Shown here in pieces: positions 38,557-51,097 of a stretch of DNA of 64,000 bases (the stretch's first letter is position 1; each line of letters opens with the position of its first letter). The stretch lies in contig NMRA01000084.1 of NCBI GenBank assembly GCA_002633005.1, forward strand, positions 420,320 through 484,319, in the 5' to 3' direction. The position numbers were made by a program, and so were the translations under genes. The stretch comes from Phoronis australis. Its lineage: Eukaryota; Animalia; Phoronida. A model generated the notes under the pieces. The model was not told where the DNA came from, did not search any database, and worked only from the letters and a program-made list of their open reading frames with translations.

Positions 38557-39728
38557 CGGGGCCGTAGGAAGCGGGAGAGGGGGGCGGGGAGCCGTGCCCC
38601 CAAAAACACTTGCAGAGTTACACCATGGCAACTGACATAGGCTTAGGACCGGGGACAGCCGAGAAAAGAAAGACTACGAATACGGATAAGAGAGAAAATT
38701 CAAACGAACATTTTGACAACTCAGTATCAGTGCATGGTTTACCCTTTGAGGGCCCTGGCCAGGACATTGTTGTAAGGGTCTCCGTTTTTGCTGCATACAT
38801 GTAGGGCGTCTAAACACACTTGAAAACGTGCACTATATCATTCATACATGTATTTTGAAAAATCGAGAAAATTCGTAAAGCGAATCTTTTGCTGAACACA
38901 ATAACTCACTTGATTTTTAAATTCAATAAGACAGTTTTGCAAGTGCATAAAAATGCAAAATTTTCCAGAGGACCTTCTCTAGGAAATGATAACAAAGACA
39001 ACTGCTGCTCTGTATTTTCTTTCTCTAGATTGTGTATCACTTGAGAAAATTGATGGCCTGGCAGATAACATCAATTGCTGCGCATTTCCTGACTTTTGAA
39101 AATATAGATCTTTTCATATTTAGGGATCCAGCTCCTGAAGAATACCATTGATGACATTCAAGTGGCAACCCTTTTCGTGTTTTCATTGGTAAATTCCTAA
39201 AGAGCCGCTCACGAATAGAGGGCCCAATGCTGGAATCAAATATCTCTATTTTCCTGTTTTTGTGAAATCGTACAACCGGCTTTCACGCTGAGGAAAGTCA
39301 CTGACTTCTTGCAAGCTCACTCGACAATGGAAAGAACTGTCGCTCTTTCCAAGCTTAATGATGTGTAGCCTTTCTTCTTAGGTGTCCCATTTGGTCGGGA
39401 TCCCCTCTTAGTTGGGCGGTTCGGGAATCCCTATATACATGTAAATCCGACACTGGCAAATATTCACGAGGGGAAGTTGAGATTCCAAATTCATAAAAAA
39501 AAAACAAAACAACCGTGCACAGCTCAGCAATATCAAAACATTCGACCCAAAAAAATAAAAATGTGAAAAATATAATAGGATTGACCACCATCAAATTGTT
39601 GGAATTTCGAAGAACGTGAGGATCATTACTTGTGAATTACACAGGCTACTTCCGATGGTTAGTTACAAACATGTTATATTTTCTCATAGTATCACGAGAA
39701 TTGTATTCCTTTTGAAAGTCGTTACTAG
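38557..39728 (+). mobile_element. ~1.1-kb dispersed repeat, copy 1; hAT-like transposon end
   Basis: Colinear diverged homology with 51098-52217 along its length. The family starts CAGGGCC.TAGGAAGCGGGGGG, a G-rich terminus typical of hAT elements. Confidence 0.75.
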
Positions 39729-40011
39729 GGAGTATTTGTAATTCACAGATGTCGAAAGGACCGCAGGCTACAATTTGTGATGACCGTGTACATGTCGAAC
39801 GGGAGTACTCAAAATACTCGCAATAATAAACAAATATTTCAGCGGTTTTTTGGAGTTCAAGTTAATCTCGTGAACCGTTATAGGTACCTCGGGAATGATC
39901 AAAAATACACCTTAACATGAATGCTCCATCTCCCATGTTCCCCGGGTCACCCGTCAATAATCTGCGATCATGCCTGCGGAAATTGGTTATGACATTCCGT
40001 TTTGATAAACA

Positions 40012-40680
40012 AATTCGTTGGTTTCTGATTTACATGTTTGTGTATCTACGAAAACCGACAACTTAATATATGATTTTTGGCTATTAGAGGCTAATATTTT
40101 AAAAAATGACGATGTTTCAGTGAATTTAGTTGAAACCTGAATATGAAAAAATCTATAATCGGATCCCCTATCTAAAATAACTTTCAAAGACATTGATGAA
40201 ATTTGGACAATTCCTAAAAACTACTCACATTTCAAATGACAAAATATGCATTGTTTTTTGACTTCGTTACAAGATTTGTCGTTTAAACTTACTAACAGGG
40301 GATCATAAAGGAATTAAGTCATTAAATCAAAGGTAAACGTATTATTCATGGATTCGATTGTTGGTTTCTGAATTACATGTTTATGTATCTACGAAAATAA
40401 GCTGATTGGCTGATGATTTTTTACAATTAGAAGCTAATCTTGTAAGAAATGACATTGCTTCAACGAACTTAGTTGCAAGCAAGCATTGGGAAAATTCGAT
40501 CTATCATCAGATCCCAAATAAAAAAGTACACTAAACGATTTTATTTGTATATCTGAAAGAAGTCTCAAAGATATCAATGAATGTCAGACAGCTCTACAAA
40601 GTGTCCTAAAATTTTCTCACAATTCAAATGACAATAAACTGTTCATTGACTTAGGAAATAAATTAGTGGGTTTAATTTCA
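40012..40680 (+). repeat. Diverged tandem duplication (~345-390-bp period)
   Basis: GTTGGTTTCTGA.TTACATGTTT.TGTATCTACGAAAA at ~40017 and ~40360; CTCACA.TTCAAATGACAA at ~40224 and ~40616. Confidence 0.8.
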
Positions 40681-41405
40681 CAAACCGTAAATCGAATAAG
40701 TTTAAGTACTTAAATAAATAAAATTAAGCTTATTGCTCGTCAACTGTGAAAGGTTCTCTTTGTACTTCCTTGATGTTAGTTTCCAATAGTATTGCGCAAT
40801 GAATTTTCTTCAAAACTGAATCATTTGGTTTCCATACCTGTGCATACTACACACGGAGCACGTCATGACTGACGCACCCACGATAAAAATAAGGTGCATC
40901 TATACAGTGGGCCTGCGCAGAATCTACGAGTAAGTGATCCACGGTAGCTGAATTTGAACACCAGGCGTTGAAGCATGTACATTTTGGGACACTCTCTGAA
41001 TTATTTCCCCCAGCCACAACAAAGTGGACAACCGGCTGTGTTTCCATCAAGGGATTTCGAAACGGCCACAAAGGCACTGATACCTGGCATCTCCGGACCT
41101 CACCTTTCCAAAAAAATCCCTTCAAAGAATGGCGATGATAAGATGAAGTTTTCCCGAAACTTCATCATAATCAAACGAATCTTGACCTTAGAGCCAGCGC
41201 AGAGGAATAGGTACGGTACGAGCTAAGCTGCCTGTTTCAAGTGAATCATAGCTGTGCTAAGCAGAGACTGACCCTATAGTCCAGTCATTCTACGGATAAC
41301 CCGGAAAAATTGCAACAGAAGGTTTTATTGCATAAATCAAATCCTTTCACATCCCTTATTGGGAAAAAAGTCTACCGGAATCGGAGTGGCGGAAGTTGGT
41401 TTTTC

Positions 41406-42045
41406 AAGATGGCGGACATAATGGCCGCCAGATTGTCTGACGCTCACTATAACTCAAGAGTGGATTGTGATAGAGTAAAAATTCAAAAAGGTTTACCTAT
41501 GTTTTGTGGGTAAAAAAATTCATTGGAAATGGTTTTGCATGGCTGTGGTGACACCGTCCGCCATTTTCCAAGATGGCCGCCAAATCTACTTGAGTCGCAC
41601 AACTTCGCACGAACAGATTAGTGTGTCGTCTTGTTTCAAACGTCGCATCATAGGTTTTCTTGGTCGACTAATTCATTGAGACTCATTGCATTTGGCACTA
41701 ATGATTACTTGCACCATTTCTAAGATGGCGGACAAAATGGCCACCAGATTTGAAAATGATCATTATAACGCGAGAGTGGAATGTGGTAGAGTAAAAATTC
41801 AAAAAGGTTTACCTATCTTTTGTGAGTCAAAAAAAATCCAATGGAAAAGTTTTGCATGGCTGTGGTGACACCATCAGCCATTTTCCAAGATGGCCTCTAA
41901 AAGTATTTCGAATCGCCCAACTTCGCACAAACAGATTAGTGCGTCTTGCTTCAAACATTGTATCACAGGTTTTCTGGGTCGACTTATCCATTTAGACTCA
42001 TTATGTTTGGCTCTGATTACTTCCACCATTTTCTAAGATGGCCAC
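41406..42045 (+). repeat. Two ~315-bp subterminal tandem units of the Academ element, rich in AAGATGGC/GCCATTTT
   Basis: Units start at AAGATGGCGGAC 41406 and 41722; a third start is at ~42035. Confidence 0.9.
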
Positions 42046-42357
42046 CAAATAGTTGCATCGTGTAAGAACTTCAGATTCCAGAGACACACCATATCCTGCG
42101 TTTTTTAGGTCAGCACGTCCATTACAATAATTTTTGTTTGGCTCTTGATGATCAAGACAACCATTTTCAAGATGGTTTATCGAATAACTTATTTGGGTAA
42201 AAAACATCAGGTTTGTCTAGACTGAAGTATCATTCTCCTCCTGAAGAAATGTGCTGTATTGACTCTGCAATTAATTTAGTGATCTACTGTCCACACTGTC
42301 TGTGTCACTTCCAGTAAGTTGTAAATGATAGTGAATCTATACACAATCAACCATTAT

Positions 42358-45215
42358 TTACACACTAATTAATCTCTTATCAACTGAGAATGAATCGCTG
42401 CAGCTAAAACCACGGCATTCTCCACATGATGCAATCGAGTACGGCAATCCTAACTTCTTGCAAGTACATCTCTTGGAACTGCAGTTGGTCTTACATGAGC
42501 ATCTCACTACTTTCAGCAGGTTCTCTGTTGCTGCTGACTGGTCCGTCGTTGTGGGAATGAATTTCCACCTGCCAGCACCCATCCCCACACAGCTAGTCTA
42601 GGTCACTGCCATGGAAACTTGACTGCTCTTGCTCTTGATAATATGTCCCCGGCCGGCAGCATGGAATTTAGCTACCGAAGAAAGTTGGTGATAATGACTG
42701 TATTTGGACTGTGGTTAGTCTGACACCTCATCCACAAATCGCCTGTGTCGCAAGTCATCCAAATTTCCAGAGCCAGTACCGCCATGAAGCACAGATAAAA
42801 CTCCTACCAGCTTCAAATATGTCTTGCTTCAGCTGCATGTGTCTATTGAATACTCTTACTAGAGTTTTTGCAGAATTCTCGATCACGCAGTTTCTTGAAT
42901 GGGAGAGCCTTTGCTAATACCAAACAGCTGTAATGTTGTGTTGCAACCACCTATTGCATACATAAATGGCAAAACTGCGCAAGTTTCGGCACCAGACTCT
43001 CCTTTTCCTTTGGTACCTCTTGTCAAATTACATGAACATTGGAATTTGTTGTGAAGTATCATGGTAACACAAAAGAACCAACAAGTCTGTATCGTCTGCA
43101 ATAAGGGTAGTTGGACCTTGTGCTGTGTTCTCTACAGCTGTTTCTACAATTAAAACATCTGCGTAACATTGAGCTTATACCACTGTGCAACCAGCATATT
43201 TCTTGACAAGAAGTGAATGAATCATTTGTTTTTGCTCTTGGCCAAAAATTTCCTTTTTACTTGATCACCATGTCACCATTGAAGTGAACTTCAGTTGAAA
43301 CCACCCCACCCAGCCTTCGAACATGAGAGACATCTTTAGTTGATGGTCCATCTCAGTAACCATCAAAAACAACACTTAAGGCTGGGTAATCCACATAAGC
43401 TCTACCAAATGACTGAAACGTCGCACCTCTAGGCCATGGAATACGGTGAAGGAGAGAACCGCTGTCGATTACATGCATCACAGTGTTTTCTGGAAATTGA
43501 AATCCTCGGGTAGTCCCTAACTGGACCCGCAGTGCATCACCTAATATTGATTTATTAGCGACTCTGGGAAGACCAGATGTACCAAAAAGAGCAGGGGAAC
43601 GAACACACAGCTCAAACTTCAAAAGGCTTGATGAACTTTCACTATTGTGTTCTGCAGCTGTCAGGATTCGCTGAAATAGCAGTCGTGGATCCACTTGTGT
43701 AAAATTACTATTAGCAGCATGAACTGATTGACTTGTCATTGCCACAACCTTGTCTTTCTTTCTTAATGTGTAGTCTTTCACACCTGACCCCTCCATAGAC
43801 AAGTGAACCGCCTTCCCCACTTCTCTGGCATTTTTGACACTGAAGCATGTGCCTGCAGTCACACCAGTGGCGATGTTCTGTAATGTTTCTCTTTAAAATG
43901 GGTTACTGTTGTAGAGGAATTCAACAAGGCTGCGGATGTCTTTGTCGTTACGCGACTGTCTTGCGTGGGTATATTCTTTATGCTGCTGACTTGTTTCACA
44001 ACTCAAGTTTGTCACAGTCTGCATGGCATCATTTATACTTGAGCATGCCGGCAGCCATGGTGCACTCTGTGTTTCTCCCATTTTGCAACCTCTAGTTAAA
44101 CCTTCTGTTTTTTTAATACTTTTCATGAGCATTTGTTCAATTGCAAGATCATATCTCATTATGACAAGCCTGCCCAGAATCTGTCACTTTGTCTTATGGT
44201 GTGTTGGCCGTAGACGTCTGGACGGGTGTCTTTCAGTTGCTAGGTCTGCTGCAAGTATATGTATGAAGATTTTGCATAAGAGTTGTGACCAGCAGTTGCA
44301 AAGTAAGGCAGCATTTCAGAAACTGCTTTTAGGTGAAGTTCCCAACTGACGTTATTTCTGCTTTTAAAAAAGTCGAAGGATGTCAGTCATCTTCATATAC
44401 TGTAACCAAAGACTAATGATTCGACTTTGCAAGCTCAAGTCTGATTTATGTGCTTCCATTTTTTATGGATACCCACAAGACACTCCGACGAGCATACATC
44501 GTCGCACACAGACGTCATGCCAACAATAATATCATCATACCGCTTCAGACCAGCTCTCAAATCATCATGAAGAATATCATTAGCCATTGATTCTTCAGTT
44601 CTCTGTCACTGCGAATTCTGAAGACCTATACTCTGATTCAGTCGTGTTTGAATATACCAATGGCATTAGGTTGGAAGCCAGAAGTGAACTCTCGTAAGGG
44701 CATTCCACTATAATCTAAGGCTCAGAATCGGAAGAAAATGGCTGGACACGCCATGCCCCAGAGTATACATCTAGTATGTGATCAGTTGGGATGTCTGGGA
44801 TGTCGCGAGAATCAGTCTCTATATTCTGACGAGCCAAAATTTGAGTACAAACATTGAACTGCTCCACCTCTTGGCATGGAATCTGTGTGTTCTGTGTTCG
44901 TGACATTCTGGACTCCTGGAATTTCTGAAGAACCTGAATTTCTTTCTTCATTGGTTTTGGTTTGGCGTTACTTGATCTGTTAATATTTGGAAGTGGGATG
45001 TTGAATGTTCTGGCTTTTATGATAGAATTCAGTGCTGAGTCTAGCAACATATGCCCCCTCACTGCTCTATCCACACTTTTTCCATTTATCATAAGGATCA
45101 CACTGTTTGATGAATGCACCGTCTCAAGAACTTCTTAAAGCCCTGTGCCTTACATAACATATCCAATACATCACAGAAAGCTCATCTCAGTATGAAATCT
45201 TCCAAGCCTGGCTAA
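42358..45215 (-). pseudogene. Academ transposase/XPG-nuclease/Cys8 polyprotein pseudogene
   Basis: Ordered minus-strand fragments: RLGRFHTEMSFL, GKSVDRAVRGH, DLAIEQMLMKSIKKTEGLTRG, DPRLLFQRI, VIDSGSLLHRIPW, VVFDGY, ADVLI, GCNTT..LFGISK (H3TH-like) and CSCKTNCSSKRCTCKKLGL..CGECRG. They are broken by multiple stops and frameshifts. Confidence 0.88.
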
Positions 45216-47400
45216 GAACAAGTAACTGCAGATCACTGTCCTTTTGTTTGCTGGCACTAATTTCCTCTCATCAGTTACCTATGTTCATAAAAAGCATGCA
45301 TATTAAACAAATTGTGAGTCCTAAATATTAAAATTTAATTAATAACTTTTTGTTACACAATCCTATTGGCTTTTCATCAAAGTCAGGTGAAATCAGCATC
45401 CAAATTCTCAATACATGCCAGCAGCAGACGAAATAGATGCTTGGGAACAACTAATAATATCTCCAATAGCAGAGAAAAAAGCCACTTCCTGCCCTATTTT
45501 ATTAAGGGTTTGTGTAATGAATAAGCCAATAACTCCACCAGAATTTCATATTTTTCTAACAAATATTGTTTTTGATACCTCAAATGAATATATTTTTCAG
45601 AAAAATAATTGAGTTTGTGAAATTTATTATGAAAATTTAACTAAAGCCTTCTCTGAAAAACACACCAAAATTTTATGTTATATAATCTAAAATGTGATTA
45701 AAATTCCACATTTAGTATCGAAATCTTAAAAACAAATTATAGAAACAATCAACTCATTAACCCTGACTGTAGATTGTAAAATGTTTTTGTGTAAATGCGT
45801 ATCGGGTTACAAAGAAAAGTTTGCAGAACGTAAATGCGGTAAATTGGGGTTTGTGAATTGGCAGCCATTTTGGCAGCCATTTTGTCAGCCATCTTGATTT
45901 TTTCTCGCAAACCAGAGACCAATTGTAAGGTCCAGATACTTTAAATTCTCTACCTTACAAAATAATAAAAAAATTGCCATTTTCAGGGCAAAATATAAAA
46001 AGAAATCTTGCAACATGTACCAAATTGCCATTTCGGCCATTTTGTCGGCTATATTGGTCTTATTATACGGAAAATTGGCATCTTTTGATTGGTATGCCTA
46101 TTATAAAAAGTATATAATCAATGGCAAACTTTATTGTTTTATCTTTAGCTGTTACATCAGAGTATTATGCCAGAAAACAGTAAACACCGGTTTTGTCGGC
46201 CATTATTTCTGCCATCTTGAAAAACCGACTTCCGCCACTCCGATTTCGGTAGATTTTTTTCTGACACCAAGGGATGTTTGAAGATACCATTTATGCAAAA
46301 AAACCTTCTGTTGCAATTTTTTCTAGGTTGGGCCCTCTGGAGCCCTAGAATGACTGGACTACTAGTCCATCGAATTCACTGTTGGAACCCTGATACCCGA
46401 CAGTGCGTTGGCCCTAGACCCATTCTTACTCTCCGTGAAACTTTGTTGGTTCACAATTACTCAAATCTTGATTGCTGCATCTTAGCACGTATTACCAGCC
46501 AACCTTCCTATGACAGACGTGGGGGGATGGCGGTCAGTACAAATCTGGTGACATCCAAAGAACAGGGGAGGGGGATGAGGCGATAGGGAGGTAGGTTGGC
46601 GAGGTCGGACTGGTTTGTGCCCCCCCCCCCCCCCCCAATGATTTTTACCTTCCTACTCAGAAGCCCCACAACTTCTACAGCCCACTAATATAAAGGCCTA
46701 CTACTCCGATAAAAGCCTACTCCGAGGCCCCAATACTGTGAAAAAATACCCCAAAGGCCTGCCAATTAAACAATATCTATCGACCTCCATACGACGTCAT
46801 TTGGCAAGGGAAATTTTATAATAATATGTGTCAAGCGAACTTCAACGATGATATAGTACAAGAGTAGTTCTTTACAAAGACAGAAGAAACAGCAGACACA
46901 AGTCATTGGACTTCGTTGTCCTAATTTTAGTGTTTTGTGTGGCCATTTTGATACCAAGTAATAAATTAGTAATTAATACCCGAAATTTGACGAAATTTAT
47001 GGAAGTCGTGTAATGCTTTTTTTCAGAGTAGTGGGCCTTCGGAGAAGTGACCTGGTTTCTGTATGGATAGGCTTTGGCATAAACAATAATTGCAGGTCTC
47101 GTGGCATTTGGAAGCTGATAGAAAGCTTTACAAAATATGTAATAGCAATTAATATTTTCAGAAACGAAGACTTTCAGAAGATCATAAATACCACCAGACA
47201 GCCTATGCGTTTGTTTTCTCGGTTCGACATGAACACGGATAATTGAAAGTCTCCAATGTCGCGAATATCTGCATGATTACTTGATGCTAACTTTTGAATA
47301 ATTACGATAATGGGGGCCTTGTTATTTATTCCACAGCAAGTCCGTAGCCAGGGGGGTTTTGGGGGGTTCACCGATTGTAAGTACATTATAGGCAGTCCTC

Positions 47401-48363
47401 AAAAACCGACGAGCATGTTCACATTATTAGGGAAAAGTAGGTCTATACCTAATAAAAACTTTGGTCAATGAACAAAGTCTTGTCTTACAGGCCCGTAACA
47501 AGGGGGTGTGTTCGATCGAGCACCCGCACCCCTCGCCCCGCATGCACAAAGGTCCAGCCCTGGCCAATCTCTTAAAGATGGGATATAGATGGACAACAAG
47601 AACAAAATTGCTGCAGCTACTGGTACTACTAACTACAACGATAGTTATATGTAACTCACTAATAATTTGGAATTTACTTCACGTAATCATCGGGCCGTAC
47701 CCGGTCAACTTCTCCCGAATAGTGCTTCACGATAGGAGGCTTTATGTTATTCATCGGCATTGAACGCGCGTGGTGGTTACAGCTTAGGGTAACATGGGAG
47801 TCTAGAAGTAAATGTCCATAACTAGCTAAGCTATACAGCAGCGAGAGAGCTCCCAAAATGTAGTGCCGTGTGAATGCCTTAATTAAAATCGATCAAGAAA
47901 CAAAATAGCAGAAAGTAGGTTTGTTATTTGCTATTTTGATAGTGGCAAAGTATGGTAAAGAGTTCAGTTTTCCACTTCGATAGTGGATTGGTGGATGGCA
48001 TGCGTAAGTGTACACGTATGTGCGTTTCCATTCTTTTCAATTTAGTACACGCCGATGACAATTAAGTTCACTACAGACAGTCCTCCGTCGTTGCTAAAAA
48101 AACAGACATTTAACTACATTGGCGGCGCACCATAGGGGATTGGGGAGGAGGCTATAGCCCCCATTTTGTTCAGTGCTGCTCCGCCCATGGTCTATGGGCG
48201 GTGCACCACAGGGGGCTGTGGGCCTATAGCCCTCACTTTTTTCAGTGCTGCGCCGCCCACGAACTACCGTATTTTCTTGCACTAAGAAAACCCCGACGAG
48301 CATGTTCATATTATTAGGGAAAAATAAGTCTATACCTAATATAAACTTTGGTCCATGAAGAAA
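47401..48363 (+). repeat. ~75-bp direct repeat pair (47401-47475 and 48288-48363)
   Basis: CCGACGAGCATGTTCA.ATTATTAGGGAAAA..A.GTCTATACCTAATA.AAACTTTGGTC.ATGAA at both sites. Confidence 0.8.
48117..48261 (+). mobile_element. MITE family B copy with 5-bp TSD AACTA
   Basis: TIRs CATTGGCGGCGCA ... TGCGCCGCCCACG; AACTA at 48112-48116 and 48262-48266; dimeric interior. Confidence 0.85.
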
Positions 48364-48446
48364 CTCTTCTCGTGTCAATCAGTGCCAATGGCGCACAGCC
48401 TCGCAAGTGTCATACGAGCAACAAACTTGATGGAAAAGATTTCCAA

Positions 48447-49296
48447 GGTTACATGTCACTATTCCGAAGGTTCACTACTCCGACAGTCTACTATTCCGAA
48501 GTTACTGCAAAGGTTCGCTACCTTCGCGAGTTCACAACAAGTACTTCGCCCGTCCACAATTCTGAAAACAGAACTCCGACACTTCATTACTCTGATTGTC
48601 TTTTAACGAGTCGGAACTGACATCAGAAAAGTTTTTTTTCCATTTTGTATCCATTTTGTAACTATTTAAAGAGTGTACAAAAGGTGAATAGTTCTCAAAA
48701 CATTGATTGCTCAGTTCCAATCACTGCTAATCGTGAATCTTCAATCTAACTAACGACTCATTCAGTCTCAAGCTGGGACAACATCGGGCCAGGACTTCAG
48801 CGATCAATAGCAGGGGTTTTGAATTTAGGAAGCCTGAATGGCACTCTCTGACTTCGTGAAAACTGGCAGGGACAGGGTAGCATACTAACTACACTGCGCG
48901 TGGTTCCGATGTGTGAGTTTGACTCGCAGCGGCCTTAAACTAGCTCAGTCACGCTGTGAAATAATGCGATCTTGACATGAATTTGATTAATGTATCGTGG
49001 TTTACAATTCATCAATATTACTACTTCATCTTCTTTAAACATTCAAGTGCGTACAACTGTACTCATTTTCCGTATTCGAAAGACACGCGGGCAATTTGGC
49101 ACGCGCATGAAATCCGGGTGTTGTTTGTGCATAGGTACACCTCCTAGTGCATCCAGTAACCAAAGTGTCGCTTATTTTTGCAGCTAAAATATATTTGATA
49201 CACTCAAGTCCGAAATTTTAGATCTTTTCGGAGTAGTGAATCTTCAGAATAGTGAACCTTCAGAGAAGTGAACCTTTGGAATACTGGGCTGTTCCC
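48447..49296. mobile_element. Non-autonomous TIR element with inverted arrays of a 16-bp subterminal repeat
   Basis: CACTATTCCGAAGGTT-type units at 48457-48600 and their reverse complement (TCGGAGTAGTGAA, TCAGAATAGTGAACCT) at 49228-49285. Confidence 0.55.
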
Positions 49297-51097
49297 ATTT
49301 CCAGCGATGTAAGCATGTTAAGTAACACGCAAAATACAACCAGATCAAAATATTAAAGTCGATCATTCTCGGATTAAATATTTCCGTCCCAGTTTGTAAT
49401 GAGGTGCAATCAATTATTTAAGCACACCCGGTTTGACAAGGGGTAACGCGGGAACGTGCTGTTACTGGACCACATTTCATCCGAATTTGGGTACCGTTCT
49501 TTGTGAGCAACCATCAAGGCATCCACATTTCTGGTATTACGAATTCCGACTGATCTTGGGAAAATGGGGCTGAGAGTCGTCGTTGTGTATACAGATTTCC
49601 CTCCCCCTAATTAAGCTGCGTCAAGGGATTTGCCAAAAACTCCACAGTGTCGACATTTGCAAAATATCAAAGGTCCACCTTACTAGAAATTCGAACCACC
49701 CCCGTGGAAAATGCTGGATACGAGCCTGAGCTAGTGCTCACTTTTCAAACACCAACACACTACTGCTGGTAGTCGTTCCCGCTCTTCTATCAACGACGAG
49801 TACATGCATACTTCCAAGGGATTGGCACTAAAACTCAGCAGATGGCCCAGTAGCAATAAGGAATTTCACTGAGGTGGTCATCGCCGAAGCGGTTTGCCGA
49901 TACATGTATTGTGCAATGATCCAGGTCTTCATTTTCCGATTAAAAGCGTCTAATGTTGGAAACAAATGTTTTAGTGAACTTTAACTTCGGGGAAGTGGTG
50001 ATGTATACTAGTGTAATGTCCAGCATCGTTTTTTTTTTCTGGCCTCCAGCATTTATGGCGTTTCGGCCGCTTTCTGACCGTCGTCAGATCTTACGTTCTC
50101 CGTTAATGATTATGGGAGAAACACGGCGTTTCTATAAAATGCCGGAGGTTGATGAAAACATAGCTGAAGTTTCCAATACTGATTATTCACCATCGTCACC
50201 TGAAGCAGTTCAGAAGACTGATGGAAAGCGTAGGCCTCTCATCTTACATCCATCCCATTCACAGGCCCTCAGTGTTTAATTTCAACCACATTATGACATC
50301 ATCCATATCTTTTCTGCGTAGGATGAGGAAGTGGGCGGTGAGTGCACCAGCATCTAGGCACCTCCAGGACTCCCCTATAAAGTTTTTCAGCAGATGTCTT
50401 TGGAACTGCTAAGGTCCATAAAATGCAAAACGGGGATGACCCTGGTCGTCAAACTTCCCGGTCGGCAAAGCTTCTGAGCTACTCCCATGGGGTCGCCGCA
50501 ATTCCCCCTCCTCCATATCGAGACTTTTCAGGTACATCCCCTGTTCACAAGAAATTAATCCCCCCTTTCCTCCGGGTTGCTCACCGATGAAAAATTATTG
50601 ATAGGCCTTAAGGGTTTATCGTGGCGTAATTTCAAAGGCATTTCGACCTTCAACAGAAGGTTACACATACATGTATAAAGTTTGGTAGTTCGTGTCTGCA
50701 GCATGTACACAAGTGCCTTCAGCTCTGGCTGACATCGAGCTACGAATTGCATACTTCAGTTTCCCATCCATAAGTTCAAGTGATCGTAGTGCATATGTTT
50801 AGGACTGGTTGACAAATTTGAGTTTTTGAGCATGCGTAACAAGGATCCACAAAAACTAATAGTCTTCACCAAATAGCAACTGTTCTGTCGAGCTAGGGAA
50901 ATGCCATGTAACAACATATAGACTGCCTTGCTGGTTAAATGGTTTCTTAATTACTCTCTGGTTATGACATGACCCAGACCAGCATTACCTGCCACCTGTA
51001 ATTAATATACTTGCTGCACCACAAGGGTGCAATACAATTTGTTCTTCGTGTTCTAAACTGACATGGTAAAGGTATTCTAACTGACATTGAAGGATTA

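Larger units (their letters stand above)
41277..46361 (-). mobile_element. Academ (AcademX-type) DNA transposon, decayed and internally deleted
   Basis: Termini TAGTCCAGTCATTCTA ... TAGAATGACTGGACTA, with ~150-bp imperfect TIRs and a 3-bp TSD CTA (41274-41276 and 46362-46364). The interior encodes frameshifted transposase, XPG-like nuclease and Cys-rich fragments. Confidence 0.88.

Noticed and set aside
50650-51050. Possible SWIM-finger transposon protein remnant (AGLGH, TWHFP, CVH fragments on the minus strand)
   Set aside because: The fragments are too short and disordered to support a call without a profile search.
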